Of a DNA stretch of 64,000 bases, positions 24,291 through 38,300 are shown piece by piece. A model generated the notes under the pieces. The model saw only the letters and a program-made list of their open reading frames with translations, did no database searches and was not told where the DNA came from. The stretch covers positions 9,982,001 through 10,046,000 of the forward strand of contig JBHGNT010000008.1 of NCBI GenBank assembly GCA_043228905.1, read 5' to 3'. Position 1 is the first letter of the stretch. Every line of letters begins with the position of its first letter. The translations under genes were made by a program, and so were the position numbers. Origin of the DNA: Azolla caroliniana (Eukaryota > Plantae > Polypodiophyta).

Positions 24291-25861
24291 TGTTAAGAAT
24301 TAGGTAAGTAATTAAGCAAGGGTTAATTAGTACCTAATTATGTGATTAGTTGATAAGCGCAAGATTAAGTGATATGTGTGTGAGAGGAAGAGAGAGGAAG
24401 TTAACACTTATGAACAACACAAGATGGGGGATGAGTAACTATATTAAATTAGCATTATCATCATCAAATACAAAAATACCCACAATGAGGTATATATACA
24501 TCTCATGTTCAAAGGTGCACATGTGTGAGTAGAATATAGGTAATAAGGTGTAAGTCCTATATTAAATGTACTTAGGAGTGGAGGATCTAGAATATCCCAC
24601 TTAAGTACAAGGTCGAATTTAAGGTATTATAATCAACACTTCTAACTAGATTCTATCTAGGTAACTACGAAGTTACATGGTTGACTAACTAACTAAACTA
24701 AGTTGAGCTTGATCTCTCAACACGCCCCCTCAAGCTCAAGTGTGAGGCGTCCGACATCTGCTTTGGCTTTTGTCGGCTTCATGTGCTTCCGTCCGATCTT
24801 CGACTTTCTTCACCGTGGCAATCTCGGTTCCTCCCCCTCAAGCCGGTGACGAAGGCTTGTAGTGTGTGGGCGAAGGTCAACTACTTCCACCCATCGTGGG
24901 TTATGAGCCGCTTCGGTGGAGCTCTTGGGCTCTTGTTCGGTTGCTACCTTCATCGCGAAGGCGTAATGATGGGCCATGTACTCATTGTAGCCATGCCAAG
25001 TGACGGGGTTCTTAGCTCTAGATGAGCATTGAAGTTTTTCGCTCGCCGATGTGAGTTCCTTCTTTACTCCGGGTGTCCGCATGATGGGTACACCGAGCTC
25101 ACTGTCTAGTGAGGGAGCCAATCCATCCGAATCATTGTCGTCGAGGTGGTCGACTTCGTATTCGGGCATCTTACCTTTGCATTTGTCCAAGTTCGTACTT
25201 GGCCGCGACGTGCTTCGGTTGCGTAGGGGCTCTTGTGGCCCACTAGGCTTTGCCGTAATCGAACTTTCTTCGAACATGTGTTCGAAGCGATCTCCATCTT
25301 CTACCTCTTGTTCGGCGGATTCTAGGTCGAGCGGAGTCAAAGTCGAAGTTGTTTCTGGTGCATACCAGGATGCGGACTCGTCAAAGACTACGTCTCGACT
25401 TACCCGAACCGCTTGGGTAGAAGGGTTGTAGCACTTGTATGCCTTCTTCTCGAACGAGTATCCTATGAGGATACATTCCTCCGACTTCGCGTCGGGCTTC
25501 TGTCGTTGTTCGTTCGGGATGCATACATTCACAATGCTTCCGAACACCTTGAGGTGCGACAGGATCTGCTTCCTTCCGACGAGTAGCTCGTATGGAGTTA
25601 GCTCATGGACTCCATTGGTGGTGCACCGGTTCATGAGATAGACGGCCGTGGATGCAGCTTCGACCCAATAGAGGTACGACATGTGCTTCTCATGCATCAT
25701 GGCGCGTGCTACCTCGAGTATTTGCCGAATTTTCCTTTCGACGACTCCATTTTGTTGGGTTGTGTGTCAACATGAGAATTCTCTACGAATGCCTTCACTT
25801 TGGAGGTAGGAGGTGAATTCCGATAATTCATCGGAGAAGTACTCCTTTCCTCCATCCGATC
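24291..25861 (-). mobile_element. Copia C (B lineage), 3' half, with RT/RNase H internally deleted
   Basis: 3' LTR 24722-24291 (TGTTGAGAGATCAAGCTCAAC...AACA); PPT gagggggcg 24731-24723; integrase ORF 24810-25700 ([25 protein letters not shown]) jumps directly to the RNase H tail. Confidence 0.88.
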
Positions 25862-27905
25862 TGTTACGGGCATGACCATATAATATCTCGTGGTGAGAAT
25901 TTACCATAGTATTCTATACACGTGGATAAGTGTGAGGGTTAAACGAGAGTGTAAAGAAGGGGAGGATTACTTTTAAATCCTCGGGATTGAGACAACCCAT
26001 TAGGCCAAGTGTGAACTTGCCTAGGGGCCTTGGGTATCGCTATAAATAAGAGGCCTAGCTACCCTCATTTGACTATCTGGTTGACTACATCGAGACTTTG
26101 TCTTGTGGTGGGTCAACTCTTGTAGCGAGCGCGCCAGCACCAGGTACAACTAAACGCCACAGCGGTGGTATGGGACGCCGATCGAGGCTCGAGTCCGTCT
26201 CGATCCCTTCGCTCGGGGGTGGTCGGGTGGATCGACACCCTTCTTTCTCTCTCTCCTTTCTTTCTATCTACCTAGATCTATCCTTATCTAATGCTTACTT
26301 TAGTACATGTCTCTAATATTTGGTATCCGAGCCTATGTACTAATCTTTCTTTTGTTGGTCTTATCTTCTCGATGGATGGCAATCGATCGTTGTGCGGTTG
26401 GCCTTCATGCAGACAAGGATCAACAAGGAACTTCGGTAATCTTTCTTGTTATTTTTTGTCTATTTTTTCTTCTCCCATCTAATCATGTGTATGGTTAATA
26501 TGTAGATTATTCTCATTAATTAAATGATGTTGTAGTGGTATTTAATTGGTTATCTAAAACGTTTACATATGTGCACGAGGTCAATACCTTGTTTGACATA
26601 TAAATAATATGTGATGAGTGTCGTATGCGTACGAGGTTAATACCTCAATTACGTATTACGTTCACGAACATATGTTACGTTTGCGTATGAGGTCAACACC
26701 TCGATTTTGTTGTAAATGATATGTGTTTGGTCTCGTATGCGTAAGAGGTCAATACCTCAATTGTGTATTACGTTGAACCCTTATTTTTGGATGTCTCGCG
26801 TGCGTAGAGGTATATGCCTCGACTATGTATCTCGATTACGTCATTTTTTGCTATTAAATATAACGATTTCTTTAATATAGGTATATGTGGTCACGTGTAT
26901 ACGTAGTTGATCGTATATATGTGATAATATACATATGTGTATATACGTTCTTACGTGATTTTAAATCGAATGTTTTCCTTTTCGGGGAAAGGTTCTTGGT
27001 GGTTGTCCTCACATTTTTGTGAGAATCGTGTTGTCACCATCCTTTTTTTTCAACAATTTTTTATTGTTGAAATCCCCGTTGGTGACTTCGATATTTCGTT
27101 ACGTAAAGAAACGCCAATAGCCATAATGATGTTGAGTACGTAGGGTTTGACCCACTTCATGTGAGGTCACTCTTATGACACACGTATCCAACATCCCTCC
27201 CTCATTACATGGATACGATGCCACCATGAGATCATTCTTACGAGAGGCATTCGTATTGACGTGACCATGTGATGGGCCACCTGGGCCTACTACGAAAAGA
27301 GTGCTCATTTGGCTTGACCATTAGGTTGCACTTTGGCGTATGCCATCGTAATTACGAGACTTGAGGTTTGGTAACGTACCAACATAGTTGTAGTAAATGA
27401 GGGTGAAATAAGGACTCTTGACATATATGTTTCTTTTAAAAAAACATATATGGGCAAATGCCTCGCATATCTCTTATACGCATGAAATATTAAACATTCA
27501 AGAAGAGCAACCTACTTGGTTGGCTCAAGTGTTTAATGCATTTGTTCTCGAAGTCTCGTGTTCAAATATGACCAAGACCATACAACATCGTTGATACATA
27601 TGACTAGAACACATGTTTAGACTTGAGGTCTAAGTGCACTTTGGGGTCCTCGTAATAGGACTTAAAGAGCCGAAACCACATATGTGGGCACGGAAACATA
27701 GTTTATTGTTAACATTTTTTTCGTGTATAAACTATTCATGACGCGAACATACATGGTTGAGCCTCGGGCAGCCACCATGAAAAAATTGATATAGAGATCA
27801 GGGAAAGACATTTATTTGTCACCCCCATGGTTTTTAAAATACCTTTGTGTTACCATAGTAACTTGATCTTGAACCTCATCTCATACGTCTAGAGGGGTAT
27901 TGACG
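25862..27905 (+). mobile_element. Probable ~2-kb LTR (gypsy-type) interrupting copia C integrase
   Basis: Starts TGTTAC exactly at the break in the integrase; TATA-like tataaata at 26041; ends agaggggtattgacg. No matching TSD found, so the boundary is uncertain. Confidence 0.45.
26566..26826. repeat. Array of five palindromic units (GAGGT-N4-ACCTC core), 56-bp period
   Basis: GAGG cores at 26577, 26633, 26689, 26745 and 26807; consensus cgtatgcgtaNgaggtcaatacctcRatt. Confidence 0.85.
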
Positions 27906-27941
27906 TGAGATCATGATATCGATTCATGTTTGCCCATGATA

Positions 27942-28158
27942 TGTTTACAAACAGGTCCCTCCAGATGAGCCGGATCGGATGGATCTGGAAGGAGTCTAGT
28001 CGGATTCGGTATGAACCAACAAGTAGGAACATATTTGTAAATTTTTTCAGACGTGACCATTGAGGTCATATTTGTAAATAGCCTGTAAGTTATATGAGTA
28101 TAATTATAACTAGGGCAAATAATGTAGTTGTGATTGTTGATGTTGTTGTCATTATTGT

Positions 28159-28208
<50 letters not shown>

Positions 28209-28420
28209 AAAAGTTTTTCTGTTGTAACCGCCGGTTGACGAAGATATAGAGCTTGAGGTCGTTGCCTCCAAGTCTCGCATTGTATCCTTCCTCTTAGAGT
28301 GATAGTTGGAGTCTGTGGGCTCCCGTGGTTTTTCCCGATTAGTTCCACGTAAAATATTTGGTGATGTCTCACTCTGTGTAAGTGCACTAATCGTCTTATT
28401 CCTATTTTCTGTTTTCTTCC
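27942..28420 (+). mobile_element. Truncated LTR related to the copia A LTRs
   Basis: TG start with ggtccctcc; catatttgtaaatagc; (GA)n; ctgttgtaaccgcc; gaggtcgttgcctcc; gtgatagttggagt - all shared with 11362-11904. Confidence 0.8.
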
Positions 28421-31400
28421 GATTGACCGTGCCATATGTATTATACTTTATCTTGAACACCCAACGGCAACCAATTGGCTTCTTCTTGATTTCAAAGGAT
28501 GGGACTAAATCCCAAGTATCATTGTCAAACAACGCGCGCATCTCCTCCCTCATTGCCTCGATCCACCGGGGATCTTGGGCAGCTTCTTTGTAAGTCTCGG
28601 GTTCTTGGTTTGTTGCGACCTTCATCATGAATGCATAGTGGTGGGCCATGTACTCATTGTACCCGAACCTAACTATCGGGCTCTTTTGTCGGTTCGATTG
28701 ACGGAGTTTTCCTTTGGTCATTTCTGGGGCCCTCTTCATTTCATACTTGATGTGGACTGATCAGGGTGAATGATCTGAGTCTTCACTGGATGTCATGTCC
28801 TTGGCCTCTTGCTCAGGCATCTAGCCCTTTTCTTTCTTTCTACGGGTGTAGCACAAAGGTGACAACACATCAGAGGTTTCTTCATGTTGTGCAAGACTCT
28901 GATTGTTGGATGACACCTTAGGTCCTGTTAGCTGGAGTGTGGGCTGACTCTCTGCTGGTTCTCCACCCATAATGGTTATTAGAATCTCTTCTTCTTCACT
29001 CTGAGAATCTGCTCCAGATCTGCTTGTTTCGAGCATGGTGGGGGTCCCTGATGTTGGGCCATACCATTATGTCACCTCATCAAATACCACATCTCGTCTT
29101 ACTCGTGACTGTCGAGTGATGGGGTTAAAACACTTGTAACCCTTTTGCTCAAGTGAGTAACCAACGAGGATCATCTTCTCTGATTTTGGGTCAAGCTTTC
29201 TCCGCTTCTCATCGGGGACATGCACAAATGCAATACTGCCAAAAACCTTCAAGTGTGAAAGGTCTGGCTTTGTCCCAAAATACTTCTCGTGAGGGGTGAT
29301 GTCATGGACACCCTCGGTTGTGCACCTATTGATGAGATGCACAACCGTAACTGTTGCCTCTGCCCAATAGATCTTGGGCATGTTCTTCTCATGTAGCATG
29401 GCGAGGGCCATCTCAAGAATTGTATGATTCTTCCGCTCAGCAACACCATTTTGTTGTGGTTTGTACGGGCAAGAGAATTCCCAACGAATCCCCTTCTCTT
29501 CTAGAAAGGCCTTGAACTCGGTTGAGAAGTATTCTTGGCCACCATCAGACCGTAAGCATCGAATCTTGCGATTCGTCTCATTTTCCACGCAATTCTTTAA
29601 CTTGAGAAAGTGGGAGAAGACCTCACTTTTCGACTTCATAGGGCATATCCAGGTATGCCGCGAATAGTCGTCAATGAAGGTAATGAAGTGCCTACACCCA
29701 CCGATTGTCGTTGTCTGAACTGGGCCCCATACATCTGAGTGGATGACTTCCCGCAAGCCTTTACTCACATTTCTTTCACTTAGGAATGGATGCCTATGTT
29801 GCTTGCCTAGTTGGCACACCTCACATACATTATCAGGATGTTTCGAAGTAAATTGTGGCAATCCGTGCACAACCCCTTTTGTTTGCATTGATCGGAGTTT
29901 ACCAAGGTTTACATGGCCAACCCTTTTGTGCCACAACTCAATATCAGACTCCGCCTTGAGTCCCTTTGCATACATTGTTGTGGTCACCTCCGTCGCATCA
30001 AGAATAAACATGCGACCTTCTCTTCTTGCATGAGCGATAAGTTGGCCTTTATCCTCGATGAAGCAACCTTCCTAGTTGAATCACACTTGCATTTCTTGTT
30101 CGACAATTTGGCCAACCGAGACCAAATTCTTTATGATTGTCGGGACATGCAATACATCCTTCATGTAGCCCTTGTTGTTGTGATTGTTAAGGGCCACATC
30201 TCCAATGTGCTCAATCATGTGTGTGGAGTCATCACCAGTTTCCACTACGCGGGTCTCTCGGGTTCCCTCAAATTCATGAACCATTCTTGATGACTTGTCA
30301 TGTGATTTGAGGCACCTGAGTCCACGAACCATACATCATCAGGTTGGGAAACACTTGTTATCATGCTATTCACCCGGTGTCGCATAACAAACATCGGCGC
30401 TTTGTTTTCTAGGTCAGCCATCACACCATAGTTTGTTTGCTGCCAAGGTGAGGCAGCTGAGTCATTCTTCTTCTTCCGACACTCGGCTTCAAAGTGGCCA
30501 GGCTTTCCACAATACCAGCACTCGGTTTGCTGGTTTTGCCTGGTTGATGCAGGTTGGTGGAAGCTCCCCTTTCTACCGGAATTCCCTCGGCTGTTTCGAG
30601 CTTCTTGCTGCTTGGAATTAAACTGTTGTGGACCTCGTCCACCTCTTCTTTGGCCATTCCTCCCCCGATTTCCACGACCATGATCGTGACCTCGACTGAG
30701 ATCATCATGTGTATATAGCATTTTCCCATAAGATGTTGTGCTTTTTGACCGTGTATGGTTCTCCTCAACCATTAGCATGGATTGCAAGTCGAAAAAGCTT
30801 GGGGGGTTCTCCCTTGTTGTTATGGCAATTTGAAATGAGCCATATTTTTGTGCAAGGCCGCCAAGACAGATATGCACCATCTCGTCATCATCAACTGCGA
30901 CATTGATGGAGCCAAGTGAATCGCATAAGTCTTTGATCCGGAGGGTATAGTCCGTCACAGACATATCCCCCTACCGAATATTGTTCAACTCCTACCGGAG
31001 TTGAAGTTTTCTCGTTGTGGTTGAAGCCACGAAAATCTTCTTCAAGTTTTTCCACGCTTCTATTGGGGCTTTCGCATCTCGAATATAGCTTAACATGTGA
31101 TCTTGCACACATGTTGCCAAACAATACATTACCCTACTAGCACCTTGTTGCCATGTGGGGTAATTGGGATTTGTAATATCGGGGGTTGTTTCCTAAGCTC
31201 CCTCGATATAACTCCAATAGCCTTGCCCAACTAAGTACTGCTGCATCTTATATTCCCAAGATGCGTAGTTGTGCTTGTCCAACTTCTCTGTTGGAAGTGC
31301 GCTACCCATCTATGCATTCATTTTTCTGATTTAGCTTGACTCGTATGATCTTGTTAAGGTGAGCCTCTTGCTGTGCAAAACTGCAACGATGATAGCAGGT

Positions 31401-31963
31401 TTTAAAACAATGTCTCTAGTTGCTCACACAGTTTCAATGGTAGAGCTCAATGAAGGATCTCTAACCCTCACGCTCTGATACCATGTAAAGAATCTAACTC
31501 TAGTAGAGTTTAGTATTCAGAAGCGTAGTGTGTGTGTGTGAGAGAGAGAGAGTGAATGTATAAACAAGAGAAGGAATTACAGAGAATAACCAGAAAAATA
31601 AGAAAACACACAGTAGGGGGATGACAACTTATGCACTTAAGAGAGCTATATTAATTATCTAAAGATCATCAACTAAACTAAATGGCCAAAGGGGGTTTTA
31701 TATACAAGTCCTCAAGGGACTGCCCTATTAAATGTGTTGGTGGAATCTAACCAAGATATCCACTTGAGTACAATTTTGTCATAAGAATATCTAATATTCT
31801 TTGACCACACTAACACTCGACAACTACACGGATTACATTAAAGTGTGCTATCACACACTAGACAACTACACGGATTACAATAAACTGTGCTCACACACTT
31901 TTTCACACATTGTCCTTTTCTTCATAAGCACATGTTCACACAAGTTGAGCTTGATTCTCAACA
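28421..31963 (-). mobile_element. Copia D (B lineage): 5' LTR, PBS, gag-PR-IN and start of RT, truncated
   Basis: LTR 31963-31484; PBS tggtatcagagc 31483-31472; gag from 31309 (MGSALPTEKLDKHNYASW); CWYCGKPGHFEAEC; WFVDSGASNHM; integrase ORF 29067-30011; PIGCRWVFKIKY. Confidence 0.92.
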
Positions 31964-32430
31964 ACTATTTCCGCACATACGGTCATTAGACACATGTATT
32001 TGACATGTTTCCAGCTCCAGGCCATTCTTGTATTCTTCTCTATTATAATTGATTACTTTTATCATTGTTGTATCCAGGTGCTCCTTCTATAAGGTGCTTT
32101 CTTGTCTTTCTCCAGTCGTGTCCTTATTCCTAACTTGTGTGTGGTGCGGGAAGGTATCATTCTTCCCTTCTCCATTCTACGCTTTTCTTGTTTGGTCCCG
32201 TGTGGTCAGCTTCCAGAATCTGGCGACAAGGACAGATCGAATACATGTTGTACGACCCCGTAGGACACTGCAAGCTTAGTAGCCGCTCATTATTAGGCTC
32301 CTTGGTCCGAGACCCCGATGGTCTCGCCCGAACCGACCCGCAAGCTGCGGATATTTGTGACAACGTGGCTCAGAGGAACATTGTTGATATGGTCGATGGG
32401 GTGAGTTGTGTTGTTACTGATCTCGACATA

Positions 32431-33092
32431 TCATAGCCGCTCCGACTTCTCTAGACTCGAGAACCATTCCTCATGGTTCGTCATATGGTTGGAAGCTTGA
32501 GAGTAGACATACCACACATCCTTGGGTTTTGAAGTACTCGCCTCCATCAAGTTGGTTTTTTGCTTCATCACGAATGCAGGGTCCTTTCCAACACACCTTG
32601 AATTCTCCACATAGTACGATCTCTGTTGATTTCCCTGTTCAGCTCTGCCTGATTCGGCTTTGTCCAAATTGGCCATCTTCTTCCAGTACTCACTTTCCTT
32701 GTGGCCCTTTTTACCACATTACAAGCAATCTGTCAATTTGGCCTGCTACTAGACCCAAATATCCTTGTGTGTCGATTATGGCACTACTTCGTTTTCTCCA
32801 TGGATGTAACTGTGGTAGTCGTGCCTGAGCAAGTACTGGTGCATCTTGTATTCCCAAGATGCGCAGTTGCTTCTATCCAACTTCTATGTCGAGAGAGCAC
32901 CACTCATTCCTCTGTCCATGTTTTTGTCTTCTATTGTTTTACTTGGTTTGTGTTAGAAGCTTTGTTGGCTGCAGAGGATTCTTCTAACCCTCGCACTCTA
33001 ATACCATGTAAAGAAAAAGATGTGGAAGCTCAAAGATAGGCACAATTGAGTCGGACAACACAATATGACAGACAGTTAGGTTACCTAGAGAT

Positions 33093-33160
<68 letters not shown>

Positions 33161-33432
33161 CGCAAATATACACAGAATAGTATAGACAACTATCTCAAAA
33201 AGAGTCAACACATACAATGTGCTCACAGAGCACCATATATATAAACAATACTAATACAATACCTAAATGCTCATTCATGAACTATGACATCTGACTACCT
33301 AAATTATTCCTAAGACTATGCTAAGAAAACTAGGTCCTAACGACTATACATCCTTTCAGCCGATCTTCCCAACCGATTTGGCTATTGGCTTCTTCAACCA
33401 ATTTACCTTTATGTTGAGCTTGTCTCTCAACA
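32431..33432 (-). mobile_element. Copia E (B lineage): LTR, PBS and heavily deleted gag/protease
   Basis: LTR 33432-33007 starting TGTTGAGAGACAAGCTCAAC with a long (CT)n; degenerate PBS tggtattagag; KLDRSNCASWEYKMHQYLL; WYVYSQASNHMTNHEEWFS. Confidence 0.85.
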
Positions 33433-33544
33433 CATAACAACATTGATCATGCAAATATAAATATATAAGTATGTTAAATAATTTATAAAGGTAATGTTTA
33501 TGTTGTTCTTTACATTGTACTACATCATTACTTCTAATAATCCA

Positions 33545-34163
33545 CTACAATTTGGTTTGGTTTGGGAGTCTCTAATTAAAATATTTTTCAAAGCAAACCG
33601 TTTAAAAATTTGAAACTTGAATTAAATTGAAACAAAACAAAAAACTGATTAAACAAAATTGTTTAAGGGATTTCTAAACTCAAATTAAAACTATTCAAGA
33701 TATTTACAAATTGTAAGGCACGGTTTTCAGAATTTTGTGCAAACCAATATTTTGTGTTAACTTTTGTACAATTGTTTAACAATGAGTTTTCCGACCAAAA
33801 GTCTCCCACTTATAAACTGCGAAAATAAGAAAATAAGAAATCTCAAATGCTATAACTTACTATGTAGATAGGCTATAGTTCATAACTTTACAAAGTCCAT
33901 TCATAAATAAATAGATATTTCAAAATTATCCTAACCTAAATTGTTACTATGTTTACCGTTTAACCACAATTTGAAGCCATTTGAATCGTAAACCAAACGT
34001 TTAAACTTTTTAGCCGTTTAAACCACAAATTGTTAAGTTGATAAGGTCTCAAACCAAATTGTTTGCAAAATTCTAAACCGAACCAAACTATTTAAACGGT
34101 GAAGTCATCAAGCCACAATTTTTGCAATTCAATTTGGTCAAATTGAAATTGTTGGCCATTCCT
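33545..34163. mobile_element. Possible non-autonomous hAT/MITE remnant
   Basis: AT-rich with many aaaccg/aaaccaaa motifs; ends ggccattccta (reverse complement taggaatggcc, hAT-TIR-like). Left TIR not found. Confidence 0.35.
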
Positions 34164-35100
34164 AGTTACGTACTCGTTTTCCCTCCTTGTAAATCTACAT
34201 GTTGATTTGATGGTTTATATCTTTTGATCGTGAGCATACTAATTTTATATGGCAAATATAATGAATGTGCAAACATAATATTGTATTAACGATAGATGCA
34301 ATGTACTTCTTGTCGCTACAAATAGTTGCAAATTGCAATAATACCATGTTGTGTACATCATGAATTTTCAATAATAGTTAGTTTGAGATTATGGAAAACT
34401 TAAATTCTCTATAAGTGAAAAACAAAATTGCAATTTAACTTTATTCAACAAACGTAACCTTTCAAACTAGAAGTAATATAAATACCATTCGTAACAATAT
34501 TCATGTTTGCATTGAGCCCGCCATTCATGTATTTTTTGGCATCATTTACCTATTATTATTGTCTAGACTCTAATCTATCCTAGACTTTGAGAAAAAATGT
34601 TATCTTAGAGTCTAAGAAGAAATGTCTTGGACATTGTGTCATACATTATTCCACACTGATTCTTTTGCTTTGTTAAATTTTTATTATTTTAGAGTGTCTA
34701 AGGTTAACAATGGCTTGTGTGAATTGATGCTTCGAGTGGGTTGGGTTGGGTTATGAATCAAATTCGTAAAGTCGATCTAACACTCGGGGTTGTGCAAATT
34801 AAAAAGAAGTTTCACATTAGTTTGGGGAAAGCAAATTTAAAAGCAATGCGAGTTTTCCTTTCAACTTTTTTCGCATTCTTTTTTCGAAGCTAGTGCGAAG
34901 TGAATATTCACATTAAGTTGTGATGCAAGTCAAGCATTGTGTTTGTTGCCTTCATTTCTTTGCTTTCATTGGTGTGTCTGTGATGCTTTTCTTTCCTTCA
35001 CCAAAGTTAATCTTTGCATTGCGTCTTGGAAAGCTAGCCAATCCGTAAGAGCAATGTGAATCTTTATTTCTCACCTTCCACTTTCTTTCTTTCTTAATGT

Positions 35101-35330
35101 GACCTTCGGGCATGAGTGATCACGAATAACTTATTTATGTGTTGAATGCAATCCGAAATGTACCAATCAAGACTTAGTTGCATAAATGTGTATATAACTT
35201 ATAGACTTGAGACAGACCTTTGGGCGCGAGTGATCATGAACAAATTATTTATGCACTGAAAATGCATTCTGAAATGTACTAATCAAGAAGACTTAGATGC
35301 ACAGATGTGTATATAGCTTATAGACTTAGA
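35101..35330. repeat. ~115-bp tandem duplication
   Basis: gacctt.gggc..gagtgatca.gaa...aaatgtac.aatcaaga...ttatagactt at 35101 and 35215. Confidence 0.8.
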
Positions 35331-38300
35331 TGCACAAATGAAGTTCACAAGAACTTGTCACTCATTGTCATTCTGAGTTGTTCGACAACCCTTGGGATGC
35401 CTTGACTGGTACCTTCGAAATGCATAATGAATTCCAAGCATTGCGATTTCCTTAATGCTTTGAGCCTCAACACCCCTAACCCTAACAATGGATTGTATGT
35501 TTGGGACCCCTTTTTACCGTAGGAAAAACATAGTATGAATTCCAAAACATTTGGAGAATCCTAATCCTAATCCTAACCCCAACCCTAACCTTGAAACCCC
35601 TATCCGAACATTTGGACTCGTTTTGTGTGTACACAAAACCTTTAAATCTTAGATCCTACCCAAAGGTCTGGGTTGCTTCATGGGTTTATGCAAAACCCTA
35701 AAACATCTGATCCAAGCATTTGAACATCTTCGGATTTACCCTGACACCATAAACCTGTAAACACTTTTGATTTCCTGCAAACCCCAAAACTCAAAACCCA
35801 AACCTTATAACTCCTGACCAAACATTTTTTGGATACTCTAGGGTTTACCTTGAAAGAAACCGTAATTGAAGGAGAGTCTGATAGAGAATCATTTCTTTTG
35901 AGCATATTGTCATAATTGTTATTTTTGTTGGGAAGAGTGAAAGGCTTTTTTTGCTACCATAATGGGTTCCTCTGAACACAACATTTCAATATACACACAC
36001 AGACAGAGAGAGCTTCCTCTTTCTTTGCAGGTAAGCCATGTGACCTCTTCATTCATTTATTCATTTGCTTTCCTTTGTCTTTGTTCATCCTTTTTTTGGG
36101 AATGATTCTCATTCTGTTTGCAAGGGAAACAGAGTTTTGCAACTTTGTAAGAAGAGAAATGAATGTTTTTCTGACTTTTTTGGGCAACTTGTTCATTCCT
36201 TGGAACTCTCAAACCGGATTTTTATTTTTATTTTCATTCAAATTTCCTTCATTGTTTGTAACATTCATTTGGAAAACCTGATCGATTCATATAATACCTA
36301 TTTCCATTTGCGTGATAATTCCTTTTGAAACTCTGTTTCGAATTTTGTTAGCACTTTCGCCCACCTCCTTTTCCTTCTCAACTATATGCTAAATTCCTTA
36401 TTGTAAATTTGGTTGAATTTTGATTAAGGAATTCTTTTCATTCCTATGATATTCCTGTGGAAATTACTGTTTGATTTAAAGCACATCATTTTGCATGTTT
36501 TCTATCCGTGTAATATTACTTTTGAAATTCTTGTTCGTTCTATGTTTTCCATTTGAAGATCTGTCAACCTTTACTTTAATCGCATGTGCACAAAAAGCTT
36601 AAAATTGCATATACTATTTTTTCATTTGTATGGTATTCCATTTTTGCACATCGTTTTTCAGGTTTCCCACGGTGTAATATTCCTCCATGAAAATCTTTTT
36701 CATTCTCTGTTTCCATTTGACTGCTATTTTCTTTTGAAAATCTGTGGATTTAAAGTTTTTTTGCATGTAACATGTACACAAAAATGCTTAAAATCAATGA
36801 GCATACATACATACATACACACACATATATGCATGCATGTGTGTGCTGTTTCTCCATTTATGTGATATCCCATTTGAAAACCTGGTTGATTTTAAGCACG
36901 ATGTTTCTACATACTTTTTCCATTTGTTTGATATTCCTCTTGAAAATCTGGCTTTGATTTAAAGCACATTTTCTAATTTTTGTATATTATCTGTGTGATT
37001 TCTTTTTGGAATTCTAGTTGATTTTAAGCACGTTTGTTTCTTATCTTTTTGAAAATGTGGCTAATATTCCGGAATACATACTCCCCTTAGGGCTTAGGAT
37101 TTTTCGAAACGTTGGTTAATGGATATGAGGATTGGTCTTTTGCATAAGGAACATAGTCATAAATCATGAGGAATAATGATTTTTCACAAGGATGGAAGAG
37201 CTGGCTCAAAGAACAATGGAATGAGACATTTTGTGACAGGGATAATTGAATAATGAGACACATGGTAATGATGTATGTAGCAGGGTTGGATCAAAGATCA
37301 ATGAAGCCATGTGAAATGCATCAATATAACGTGTGAACCAAGATTCAAGGTAGCAATTGAATCAAATAATGAGACATATGGTAAAGTATGAGAGGGCTGG
37401 ATTAAAGATCAATGCACTATGCGTAAAGATTTAAAAGAGTACTGGAATTGAATTACGAGGCATTCAATAATGGACCATGGTATGATTGGATTGGTTCAGA
37501 CACCAATGAAGAGATAGGACGTGAATCAAGGTTCAAAAGAGAAATGGAATTAAATAATGAGACTATAGTTACGGTGTAATATTCAACTGGAAAATTGCTA
37601 CTGTTGCTTGGAGGAGTTCATATTTGAAAATGAGACACGTGGTTATTAAGTAGAGGTGTAAATAATCTAGAGTTATAAATTCAAATGCTGTAAATAAGCT
37701 AGAAAATTCCCTCAATTGAATTGGGAAATCCACATTTGCAATGCAAAGATTGGATGTGGGTCAAAAGAGCAATGGAAAGTGAGACATATGGTCCAATCAG
37801 TTGGAAAATTCCCTCTGTTTCATCCATTGGAAATTGAGACATAGGGTATGAACTAATTCAATTGTAAAACTCCTCTATGTTTTTGACCCTTGGACATGAG
37901 ACATATGGTAATGGTCTGCTTCAAATTGGAATATTCCGCTATTTGTTTTACTAGCCCATTCTTCTATATCTCTAATGGGAAATGAGGTATATAAGAATGG
38001 TCCAACTCAATTGGAATATTCCCTCTATTTCTTCGGGAAGCTTAATGGACCATGAGTGTTGCATAAAATTTGAGTTTTGGATGAGTTTCCCAAGGATAAG
38101 GGTACACATATTGAGTGCATCTTGCTTGTTGGAAGTACAAAGTGATGATAGAAAAGGGGAAATTGGTATTGCTAAAGAGAATAAAAATGAATTCCAGGTT
38201 TTTGTACCCCATCTCTGGGATGGAAAAGTAAAAACTGATATAATGTCGAAGTTGAGCTTTTCGTTATGGTGCATATGTACTTCATCATCATGTGATTTAT

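Noticed and set aside
26566-26826. CRISPR array
   Set aside because: Repeats are degenerate, alternate spacers resemble each other (112-bp dimer), no cas genes are present and the context is a plant retroelement.
27515-27580. tRNA gene (A/B-box-like tggctcaagtg...gttcaaat)
   Set aside because: No cloverleaf can be folded; at most a SINE-like relic.
31964-32430. Gypsy LTR end plus PBS (tggcgac at 32221)
   Set aside because: A single short motif with no supporting coding or LTR pair.
35470-35600. Interstitial telomere array
   Set aside because: Only a few degenerate cctaa/aaccct units, not a regular tandem array.
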